From: Klebsormidium nitens
Taxonomy: Eukaryota; Plantae; Klebsormidiophyceae
Length of the DNA stretch: 64,000 nt
Assembly: GCA_000708835.1 (NCBI GenBank)
Contig: DF237104.1
Coordinates: forward strand, 103,101 to 167,100
Reading direction: 5' to 3'
Shown here piece after piece: positions 49,919-61,900 of this stretch (positions are counted from its first letter, which is position 1; each line of letters begins with the position of its first letter). A model generated the notes under the pieces. It was not told where the DNA came from, made no database searches, and saw only the letters and a program-made list of their open reading frames with translations. The translations under genes and the position numbers were made by a program.

Positions 49919-52900
49919 TCACCTAGTCTCGACGAGTTGCAGCAAGTCCGCCCCGCGCAGTTCCGTAAAGACGGAATGCTTGCTCGCTTGCTTTCTCTTC
50001 GCAAGCCGCGACGCCGCGAACGCCGCTATTTTCGGTTCAACGGTGGCGTCTACCAGAAAGCGGACGACGCGGGTGGGCTGGAGCTGGCCCAAACGGTGTA
50101 TCCTGCAACGGCCACGTGGCAGGCAGCGTCAGTGCAAGGGAAGAAAAGCTCGAAACACGATGTTCAATCACATTCAGTCTCGAATCTGTAAGCCCGACCT
50201 TGAATCATTGGGCTGTCCAATGCAGCCCAGACCTTGAACGGGTTGTTAACAGGTGCGCTGAGCAAACCAATCTCGAGTCCTTCCAGATTGAGCAGATAGA
50301 CGTGCGACAGGGCTCCCGCAGATACTCCTTTCCACCCTTGAGTAGCTTCTTCATGGCTCGATGCGCTAGAGCAGCAACAGACACGGAGACTTCACAGTAA
50401 CCTGTGCTCAACACAAATTCTCAGTGGATCATAGAAACTTTCTGCGGCAGTGGTCATGTGTGGGGTCTCGCCTAATTCAGACACTTTTGTTCGACATGAG
50501 AAGAGGCCAGTCTTGCCTGTTTAACTCGCGAGAAAGACGGTGAAGTGGAATTGCAAAGAAGACAATACTTCCGTGCATTGATTGGTCGCTTACCTGCAGG
50601 CTGCCTGCGCCTCCAAACCGGGGTGAAAGCTGGGCTCCAGGATGAACACGGTTGACGCCGCGGTTAAGTTTAACCCGGCCGCTCCCTCCCGGGCGCCCAT
50701 GGTCACGAGAAGTGTTCGGACGTCCGGGTCGTCGGCAAAGTCGGACAGAGCGCGCGCCCGGACCTCCTCCGGACCTGGGTGTGGCAATCTAGATTAGTAC
50801 CGTTTAGAGATGGTAAGCTCGGACAATAGCGTTGTCACAATGCTTCGTCAAGTCGGCCGCTCCATACCGGTACCTACTCCGAACCCCCAAAGTAACCCGC
50901 AGGCAGGCAATCTTACGATTCTTGGACACCTCCAATCAGAAGCAGCGTATCGATCTAGACGTAGTTTCTAACTTCTCGGAGAACGCAATCAGGAGTCCGG
51001 TCTCAGCAGGGAACGTGCCCCTCACCCCAGAGCGTCGCGAATCGGAAGTTGCCCTCTTTCAGCGCTTCCCCGAGGAGCGCTAGCAGGGGCCGCCACGAGC
51101 TAAAGATGACGCTCTTGGCCCGGGGATCCGCCTCGCGCAGCGTCGACAGCTCCGCCAGGACGGCTGAGATCTGCAGGGTGACGTCAGTGACGTCAGCGGT
51201 GGGAGCCAATTGGTGACGTCAGGGGAGCATAAATACTTGTGAGCTAGGTTTGAGGAAGTGTCTCTTGGCTCGGGGGCCCGCCTCGCGCAAGGCCGAGAGG
51301 TCCGCCAGGACGGCCGAGATCTGCACGGACGTTGCTAACGTCAGCGAAGCCAGTTGATAACGCCAGCAACCCTGTTGTACTTGCCAGGTACCGAAGTCAG
51401 ATGAAATGGAACGTCTCCTGGTCCAGAGCTGCAGCGCCGACTCAGCTCCGCCAGGACAGCCAAGATCTGCAGGGTGACGTCAATGACATGAGCGGAGCCA
51501 ACCCGTGACGTCAAAGGAGCTGAAACAAGCAAAGTGGGATAGAATGGATCTTGGTCGGGGACCCCGCGTTGCACAACCCCGGCAGCTCCGAAAGGGCAGT
51601 AAGGGATCCGCAGGGACGTTAGTGACGTCAGCGGAAGCCAGGTCAGCAAAGTCAGCGGCACTCCGTCAGAAACCACTGAAGACATGACAAACTTCGTCTT
51701 GAGAGGAAGGCGAAGGCGTGCAACAAGCTGCTGACGTCAGCGACAGAAGCATGACGTCAGCTGGTTCTGCCGCTCTTTACGCGAAAACGCGGCTGACGTC
51801 AGCGAGGATGGTCGCCGGCCTTCAAAAGGCTAGCGGCCATCCTCACTCATGGCCGTATTCGTCCGTGAGTAAAAGCCCCACCAGTTTGAAAACAACAAGC
51901 AGACACGGGCTTATTCCTCGAACTAGCTTTGGAACAGAATTTCCAGCTCTTCTAGGTTTGGGACGAAGGCCACTACGCCGCCCCTCCAAGGTAGAAACGA
52001 TTCTGGAGCGGGTGTCCGAAAAAATCTTCTAGAGAAGTCTGATATGCCAAACTGACAGTAAAAACCGCAGACCCAAAACCTGCCAGCTCCGCACCCTTGC
52101 CCGCCCTACACCCCCACACGTTCCTCACCCATCCCCGCAGGTTGTTACCCACGCTTACAGCTGCTCCCAATCAACCTGCCAGTTTTGGTGTCATCTAATC
52201 TAAACTACTTTCACTTAGCAACAGACTGACTGAGTTCCATAAAATGTTCACTGTAAGTTGCAGGTTGCTCGGAGAAGCTATATTCCAACCGATTCAGACG
52301 CTTCCAAAAGTAAAGGGTTACGCGCCTTGGTTCCGTACTCCCCGCTAAAGTCCGGAACCTCCACCTGATCCGCCACATCGAACACGTCCTTTTCATGCAA
52401 CGGGTGGCGGCAGAGCGGGCACTGCGCGCCAGGCGCACCGCCCCGGTCGATCAGCTGGCAGAAGCAAAAGGTGTGATGTCAGCGCTGATCGAAGCACGCT
52501 TTGGCGGGGCAGCGAGTCCAAAGCGCGAGGGCGACACAAGCGGACCGTTCGGGTCGGTTATATTGAGTGCAAATCAATGTCTTGTTCCAGAAGACGTCGC
52601 AGGAAATGCTAAGCAGGTGTATACTTGCCCGTGAACGCTGCATCTCATGCAGTCGTTTTTTACTTCGACAAGAAAGTGGTGCAATAAGCGCCCAGCGTCT
52701 CACATTGGGTATGCAGTCCCCACCGAAGACGTGCCCGCACATTGTTTGGATGCAATTAATGTCTAACATCAAAGACATTCTCGTTAAGAGGCAGTTTAAG
52801 GTGCCCGTAATTGCTAGCAAACGCTACATCTTAAGCAGTCTTCTATTGAAAGGAAGTAGTGCAATAAGCGTCCAGCGTCTCACATCGCGTATGCAGTCCC

Positions 52901-55900
52901 CACAGAAGACGTGCCCGCACGCCGTGACCGCGCCGCAGTCCTGGCACGAGTCCAGGCAGATGGGGCACACCGTCTTGTCTTCCTGTATGACGTCAGCAAC
53001 CCCTGTCGTGACGTCATGCGCGAGTGGTGCCACGTCGGCACCTTCAACAGCCTTCCCTTTGCCGTTGACCGTGCTCCGGAGCTTAAACTTCAAGTGGTTT
53101 TCCTGCGGGAAGGGGAAAAAAGAAGGATCTGAGTGTGCTTCCGTCTTTGCACTGCATGTGTCCCTACATCCCTTTTTTTGGAGTTTCCGCCAAATTCTGC
53201 CATTTTTGGCGACCTAGAAGGCCTTGCTTGTCGCAACGAGTCGCCCGCTTCTGGCCCACCTACGAGTGACCTCTCCCAACATCCAAAAGGCGAGACGCAG
53301 TCGTCAACGATGTGTTGAAGCCCCAACATGTAGTCAATCAGGGCCCAACACCTGACTCTCGGATCTTAGCAAAGACAAAACTTGGTCCTCTGGTATGGGC
53401 CTTTGCGTCAACTGACGAACTACTGCTTTCGATTCCGCCTCAAAAGCTCTCACAAAAAGATCATATGTCTCAAACCCAGCTTGATTTCTTCTTTGAGTTA
53501 GAACGCTACACATTTTGTAAAAAGTACGTTTTGTCCTGGTTGGATGTTCCAGCTAAATTGAAAGAATGCTACCGAGATTGAAGTGTACATCCAGAGCATA
53601 CACTTTCAGCCGCCCACCTGCCCTTGTGCAGCCTCCATCGCTTCCTTCGCTTTCCGGACCTCCACTTCCGCTTCCATCAGCCGCTGTTCCGGGGTCTTCT
53701 GCCTCTTCCTCTTTTTCTCGGCATCTGGCCCCTCCCGCAGCTCGCGCCCGTTCGCCAGCCGCGCGAGCTTCTCCGCGGTCACACCGAGCTCATTCTGCAT
53801 GCGGAGAGAAGAGTTAACTTAGGGAACGATCGTTGGAACAGGTGCGATATCTTTGCAGCCAAAGAAGTAAGTTCGTTTGAAGGCTGCAGAGTCCAGGGCA
53901 AATCTCCTCGAGACTTGGCCTGGAGAAGAAGCTGATGCTATCTCCAACTCGGTTGAATCTGGACGAGATTTGATACATCTTGGTGGCTGCCTAGCCCGTA
54001 ACCAAAGCCACAATTTCTGCAGAGATGGTAGCTGAGGGAGCCCAAACCGCCACTGCATTCCAAGTACTGAGGGGACACGTCACAGGCGGGCACTTCACTG
54101 ACAGTCTTGTTATCATCATATATTCCGCCCAATTCAAAAAAAAGGTTCGGAGTCCCTACTTCAGTCCTGGGTTACGGATACTAATCTATCTCCATCAAAG
54201 GTGTGGCAAACCTACGTAAGAAGTTGCAAGAAAAAGTCCGCTCCGTCTGGTACGGACGTCCATTTAATAGCATTACTGCTACGCGTCGAGCAAAAACCTT
54301 TCGAGCAGCCTCTGGCACGTAGCTTCTCCGATCAACTGTCGGATGGCCTTACCGAAGAATGTGCAAAAAGAATCTAGAGCCAAATTCTTTCCACAACCAG
54401 ACTCGAATTTCAACTAAAAGCGCCTGCAGTTGAGCTTCCTAACTTGGGAGACTAGGCGAGTCTCTAGCGCCCCACCTCCAGTTCCGCGATCCTCGTCTGC
54501 ACCAGCACCAGCCTGCTCGCGTCATCGCCGCCCGTTGCTGACGTCCCAATCGCCTCCTTGTAGGCTTGCAGCGCGGTCCACTCCAGCCGGCAGTACAGAT
54601 TCTTCACAATCGTGCGTTGCCCCTTTCGCTCCCACTCGGGGGATCCCTCGCTTCCGAACGTGCTGACGTCAGCGGCGACGGCAGCATGGGCGGCAATGTC
54701 CGCCAGAAGCGGCTCGAACACGTCGGCCGCTGCAAACATGACAAGTGGGTGACGTCAGTGCGGGGCCGTAAGGAGCTACGGCGATTGGAGTAGGTACCGA
54801 GAAGGCGAGGACAAGGCCTCAGCTATCTTACAGCATAAAGGCATTTCCTTTCGTAATTTCTTCTTTCTTGTTCGTGCTTTTGCCAGAGCATCAGGCGTCG
54901 ATGCAGTTTCGTTAGGGTACTGAACCGGTTCACCAGAAAGTCAGACCCAACTTTTTTTATGGGAAAACGAGCAAAGGGGTGCACCCACATCATGGCAAGA
55001 TTGGAATGGTCGTCAACTGCGTAGTAAGCGGTCCGTTGAATGCTTTCCTATTTCGAGACCTGCTCGCCACGCTGCTTGCAGGAACGGGAATGAAACTTTC
55101 ATGGCGAACACCGTAAAGAAAGCAGATTGCGCAAACTGTCGAATAGCTCCTCCTATCAGTAGCACGTTTCAGTTTCGGGTAGCCCTTCTCGTTCAGGCTG
55201 CTCTAGCGACTCAGCCCCGCTCAAATCCAGCGTATCACCACTCTGCGGGCTATAAGCTATATCCTTCAGTATGCCGCACCGCCTCGTCTGCTTATAAGGT
55301 TCTCCAGGCAACCGTCTCACCGCTTTCTCGTCGCGTTTGCACCCTCTCTGTTGCAAAGGCCACTCGCGCGGCCAGCCAATCCTTCGCTTTCAAGACGGTG
55401 TCCGCCGATGCTCGGGATGCCAGTCGACCTGAAAAACAAGAGACGATCTGTTATGTTCCAATCAATCACAGCGCGCATGGAAGACAAAGTCAAGCCTGGG
55501 CGACTGGTAACTTAACTTGGAGTTTACCTTCAAAACGATACGGGTTCGGCAGAACCTGTCTATCAGGAATGGTAGCTTGTCCATTTACGGTTAACGATCG
55601 TTGTAAGTCAGTGGCGGGCAAACTGTGGATGTCAACAGGCTGGGCCTTTCAGAGTCTGTCTTTGCGGGTGCGCGACTTCCCCGACTCTAACAAATGCTTG
55701 ACCAATTTTCAAGCCCCACAGATTGCCGTGAGAAGGCCTCTGATGGTCCTTTTGAAAGTGACTAAAGTGGCGACAAACACCAGCCTACCTGAGGAGGGAA
55801 GACCGGTATGATGAGTTTGGCGATCCCTTGAACTTTGCAAAATTGTCTTGCAAAAACAAGACAGCTCGTAGCATGCTGAAGACACCCGACCACGCAAAAC

Positions 55901-58900
55901 CGAGGCAGAAATAGGGATATCAATTCAGTGCGTGATGCATCTGAACGGAACGTGGAAACACGAGCTTTTGAGAGATATCTGCTCGATTCGTAAAAACATG
56001 AGCGGTTGAGGTTTCCTGCTCGACTGATGCAGTATAACCCCTTCGCCCATGAGATGTATGATCTCGAAAAGCACCTCCCGAAGTTTAGATTTTTATAATG
56101 CGCTTTGGATGATCCGGCGACGAGATACCTGTCAGACTGCATCTCGACCGTGAGACGGCCCGGCCTCAAAAGGTCATCATCCGTTGTCCGACGTCAGCGT
56201 GACGTCACCCCTCACCTACGATCTGTCTGATTCTGCGACATCGACAACTACGCGCGCACCAAGCTCGTCCCAGACCAACTCGCAAGACTTCGAATGCAGG
56301 GAGAATGAAAGATGCCGTCAGCCCACCCAAAGTCAAAGGTCAGCGTGACGTCACCCCTCACCCATGATCTGCGGCATCGACAGCTACGCGCACCCCAGGC
56401 TCATCTTGGAACAACCTGCGAGACTCAAAACCAGAAGTATACAATAAAACAAGGTCAAGACACCCTGTGCTAAGGGTCAGCGTGATGTCATCCCTCACCC
56501 ATGATCTGTGGCATCGACAACCGCGCGCGCCCCAGGCTCATCCCCCCGTTCTTCACGATCTGCGGGTGGCAGCACGCCTGCCGCAGCCGGTTGAGCATCG
56601 CAAGCGCGTTGCCGCCCGCCTTCATCCCCAGGTTCTTCGCGTCGAACCCCTGCAGGGTCTCAAAACAAGGAAACTTATCCATTGGGTTCCTGTTGTTAAC
56701 CGATCGCATCAGTCCGAGCCCGCATTTCAAACCTTTCGATGCCCGGGTTCAGGAGGTGAAACGGAGCTCGGCAACACTATGTACGGTTTCTTTCGGTATA
56801 GCCCAGGGGGGAAAAAGTGTACAATTGTGATAGACAGACTGATCCACGGGTCCTCAGCTAACGATCAAGCGAAAGCAGGAAGTTTTCTCCGCTCGATGTT
56901 TCACAACTTACGTCCACGAGACGCTCGTCGCGCAGCTTCTGTGTGTTTTCCAGGCGGTCGAGGCGGCGGAGCGCGGTGGCGAAGTCGTCGTGCATGCGGC
57001 GGTAGAAGGTCGCCTCCGGGGGAGAGAACGTCAGCAGGCGGTCTTCGATGACGCAGGGGGGGAGGCCCAGCTCGTGCGCGACCTTCAGGAAGAAGATGAT
57101 CGAACTCAAGAACGAGTAATTAAAACAGAGTTTGATAAGTTCACGCACTGGGACGGGTAGGATTAATTTGGGTGTTAGGGTGGGTGGGGGTGCGGAGCAG
57201 AAATATTATTCGACTTCGGAACTACTTGGATATTTGGAGATCAGTATCTTGTCTCAATATATCTTTTCTGAGTATTGAGAGGATGCTGGGCTTCAGCCTT
57301 CGTTTGTTTCGGAGCATTGAATTGGCATCGGCTATTGGACTTGCACCTTTTGTCATCCGTGGGATCGGAGGGGTTAGAATTTTGTGCACATTCTGCTATG
57401 ACATAGGTACCCGAGAAAGAGACGGTCTTGCTGAAACAACCTTCCTTATTCTGCACGTCAAGCGTCTACGCTCCAGCAGCATCTGCCGCGCCAGACCCCC
57501 GGCGCTTTCGCTCAACAAGAAACGAATCGCGGTAGTAGGACTACTCGAGACAGCTGGCCAGTTAAGTACGCACCCCGCCACTGACTTAGACCTAAGAAGA
57601 CTCCCACACCCGATGGAAGAATGTCAGAACGACCAGATCTATCAACCAGCAGGCGATCGACCAATGTCAAAACCAACAACGCACCGAGGATGACACAAAC
57701 AACAGCACAGGAAGCCCCCTAGCCTCCTCACCAGTAGTATCGATTTCAAGAAGCAGTTAAGATACTGTTAAGAAACAGTCAGGTCGAAGTAGATCAGTGC
57801 CCGAAGGACGGGTGCGGTTTCTCACGGGGGTTAGCCTGCTTTCAGGTGCGGAACGTGCAGGTTTGTAGCTAGGGTTTCAAACAAGTGCGATCCTCCCGGG
57901 ACCTAATCTTTGCGTCAACTTGGCTCAACTTGACTCGAACTTAGAACAGAATTGCTCACCCCCTCCTTCGTCCTCCTCAGCATGATGCTCCGGAGCAGCG
58001 CTTGCAGCCGCCGCAGTCCGCGCTCCTCCCGGGCCTCGAAGGGCGACGTCAGCATGGTGCGGAAGACCATCGGGTCGCCGAACGGCTCCCCCAGGAAGTC
58101 AAGCAGCGACCCCAGCTCTTCCAGCCGGCTAGTGATAGGCGTGCCTGCGCCAATTGAAAAAATCTCAGGAGGCGTTTTGGTCCGAGTACAGACTTCGGTT
58201 GCTTTGCTCCGCACTGTGAGCATTCTGGGCTCGTCCAAAATTAGCGGCGCCTCAAAAGCGTAACTCCTTCTAACCCACGGACAGGCCCCTTGTATCCTTG
58301 GTCGAGTCGCTTCATTGTCAGCCGATTTCTCGGGTTCTGTTTTGCAAAAACATCTCTTGATATCATCCATCCAATAAAGTCCATGCTCAGAACGTTCAGA
58401 CTCGCAGCGCTTACCTTTTGGGTAGGGTACTAGAAAGGTCAACGAATTGGAAGGCTCTCAGGCTTGTGCTTTCAAAACAAGGTCGAGCTGACGCAGATCT
58501 GAAGCACAGCAAATCGACGAGGAGGTTCTCTGACGTTCCTGCTTACGTTAACTGACAGGAGAATACTCGGAACCGAAAATTTGCAGCTCCAAGACCGTAG
58601 ATTTAGTTCTTTGTTTAGGCGCTTTCTTCAACAAACGGCAAAATACCGACACTGGAAGCTGAAAGCGCAATTGAGTGGGTCCGCCGACGCCGCTATCACT
58701 CCCAGTCAAGGACCGAGAATGATCAATAGCATAAACGATTGTGCTAGTCGGCTTTCTCTCCTGAATGAGCTGTTTCCTGCCGGCTTCACATTCCTTTCGC
58801 CCCCCAGAACAGGTAAAGAAACCCAATAAACGCGTAATGACGTCACCTGTAACGACCCAGGCGTGGCGGCGCACGATGTTGGCGACGGTGCGCGCGCCTT

Positions 58901-61900
58901 TGGATGCGGAGCTGGCCACCACCTGCGCCTCGTCCAGCACCAGCCGCCAGAAGCCGAACTGCCGCAGGGGGGTCGGCTGTACGCTGCTCATCTCGCTGCG
59001 GACGACCTGGACAGCCGTCTACCGCTTGAGAGCGTTCAAAGGCGTTCATCGCGTTCAAAAGCCTCTAAGTATCGATTGAAAGCGTCCGAACGGCATTCAA
59101 AGGGGTCCGAATAATGTCTGAGAGCGTCTGAAGAGCATCCAAACCCATTCGGACTCTGATGGGAGAGTGCCCGTCAGAGACTTGGAAATCGATCTTGCAA
59201 TAATGTAGGGGCGCTGTACGGCGCCCATCTCATAGCAGACAACCTGGACGGCGTTCCTACGGTGTAACGAGCGTCCGAAAACTGTCCAACAAGCGTCCGA
59301 AAGCTGTCCAACGAGCGTCCGAACAAACCGCATATGCTCCCACCCCGCTTCAAAAGGTATATGACTTGATTGAACAGTATTAAAGCCAAAAGCGGGGCGC
59401 CTGATCCCGCAATGGACAACCTGGCAGATCCTAGCCTGATTCCCCAGCGTCTGAACACGAGCAGAGCGCATCCGACTGAGTTGCATCGTTCGACCAATAT
59501 CTGGAGTATGTCCACGTATATTCCTGTCGCGTCCATATATTCATTGACGAACTAACCGGGATGGCTCACGAAAGTGGCACAGTTTAAGGGTTGGCCGCAC
59601 ATGGCACACTTGGAAAAACGACTTGGAGGACTTCTGACGACGAACTTAGTGACCAATGCTAAAGTCACAGGTGTTAGTGCCACGCCCCTCAATTCATGAT
59701 CCCTCTGATCAGGATCACGTCGTCATCATGAAAAATATAACCGCTTCCGCAAGCTTGAACAAGCACTCATCAACCGGTCTGTCGTTTTATTGACCGGTCG
59801 AATCGGTCCCTGCTCGAGCCAGCTCAAAGTTGACCACGGATACAACATGTATCGAGCTGCAAATCAGATGCTCTTCGACACTTCGACGCTCTAAAGAATC
59901 TCTGTTGCCAGCTCAACATCACAACGACCAACCCACCTCGTAGGATGTCACAATAATGTCATACTTCTCAAAGTCCCAGCTCGGCCCCCCCGCCGCTCCT
60001 CTCTCCTCCAGCCTCCTTCTGGCCGCTCCCTTGATCCCCGGGTAGTGGAGCAACTCCAGTCCTCCGGGTGCCACGTGTCGCTTCGTTTCCTCCTTCCATT
60101 GGTCTAACAGACTCGCGGGCACGACCACCAGCGTGGCCTTTATGGGAATGACGGAACCCCCTGGCGAATCGGAGTGGCTGTCAGCCACAGCCCAGCCGTC
60201 CGGCGGGGGGTGCGCGAGCGCGAGCATGAGCACCTCAAGGGTCTTGCCGAGGCCCTGGGGGGGATCGGAATAGATGCAGGTCAGCTGAATCGAGTCAGGT
60301 TCGGTTTAAGTATTCTGAACAAATTGAACCTTTTGGCGGAGGATGGAAACGGGTGTAAGTTGGGGCTAAGTTACCAGTAGTTGCCAGGGAAAGTTGCGCT
60401 TGCCTTGTCGGCATGACTCTCTGAATTGAATGATTGGCCGGAGGTGCACTGTCATCTCGTTCTTCTGATGCACATGCAACAGAAGTGATTCTGAGTGGCA
60501 CGGTAGTGAGATTACGATACCGAGAGGCACGTACGCTAACACAAAGCCAGCGTTTCTCCGAGATTGGGCCAAGTCACGCCCGTTTCAGCATGCCAAAGCA
60601 ACTCTGAGCTCCGTCTTGTCGGAACCACTTCAGGGGATCAGCCCGGACCGCTGATACATCTTTCGCATCAGCAAATGTCCTGCCAAAGAATCGCAAAGTG
60701 ACGGTTCGAACCACCAACAATTTCACACAGAAGATTGCGCTTCCGGAACAGACATGCGATCAACAGAAGCAAAGTACGCCGGACTAGGACGGTGTAACCG
60801 TAGGATCCAAATCAGCACTCGGTTCCGCCTACCATCTCGTCGCAGAGAAGGCCTCCACACGTGCCCTGGCCCGGCGCCACATAAAAGTCGGGACTGCACG
60901 TTCCGCCCTCTCTCTGCATGTACATCACCTGCCCGTCTGCGGTTAGCAACTGCTGCCAACACGGGTGCAAGAACAGCTCGTTCTTTGGAACCGCGCCCCC
61001 AGCTTCCCGGTGCATTCTGCTGGCTGCAGACCCCGTTCTTCCCCCCTCCCGTCCCGGTTCTCCCATTCCCGCTGCCAAATCGTCTTCCCCTTGGAACCCC
61101 AGACCATTGGACAGGGGGTTGCAGATGTCCGCGCAGGCCACGGCACAACCGCCGGCTGTTTGGGTTCCGTCTGACGCTTCTCTCCTCGCCTCAACTTCCC
61201 CTGTATGCACGCCCGTCGAGGCGGCCATTGGATCAGGAACGGCGTCTCCTGTTTTCGCTCCGTCGCTCTCAACCCGGGCCCCACTTTCCTCAACCGTCCG
61301 CTTTCCGGCCGAGCTCTGCCCTGCCGACAGCAAACGGTCCGACTCCTCAACAGCCGAGCCAACCCTTCCCGTCTCTGTGCGCCAGTTTGGGGCTTCCCGT
61401 CCCTTCGGCTCCGCGCCTTCTCTTGCCATCATCCAAGCTAGCCCCTGCAACTGATACCTTTTTGGCTTCGTAACCAGCCCCGCCGGGCGATCCGCCTCCG
61501 GAAAACTGTCGGGCAAGGCGATGGAATCCAGGATGCCGGGTAGATCAGCTGGTAGCGCCTCCCCCAGGTTCTCCGCGCCCCCAGGGTTCTGATTAAGCAC
61601 ACTGTCTGAGTCCGGCCCGAGGTTCAGGCCGCCCCCATGCTTCAGCAGTGCCTCAGTGACGTCAGCGAGCGCTTTGCCGCCGGTTCGGCTCCTTCCGAAT
61701 GCCTTAGCGTGCTTGGCAAGCCCTGTGTTATTTGCGATCTCGGCGTCGAACTGGAAGGCTTTCTCCGTCAGGCAGACGTGCAGATTGAACACTTTCTTTC
61801 CCGCTGACTCCTGGAGCGGGACTGAGAGGCGGACTGGTGTGACGCCAGTCGGCCGCTCCGTGAGATCCTCCCTCGCAACCCTTCTACCGCTGCCATCCAT

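Noticed and set aside
55101-55811. 236-aa plus-strand ORF inside the SNF2 gene
   Set aside because: Antisense to the host gene, no recognisable motif, composition typical of shadow ORFs.
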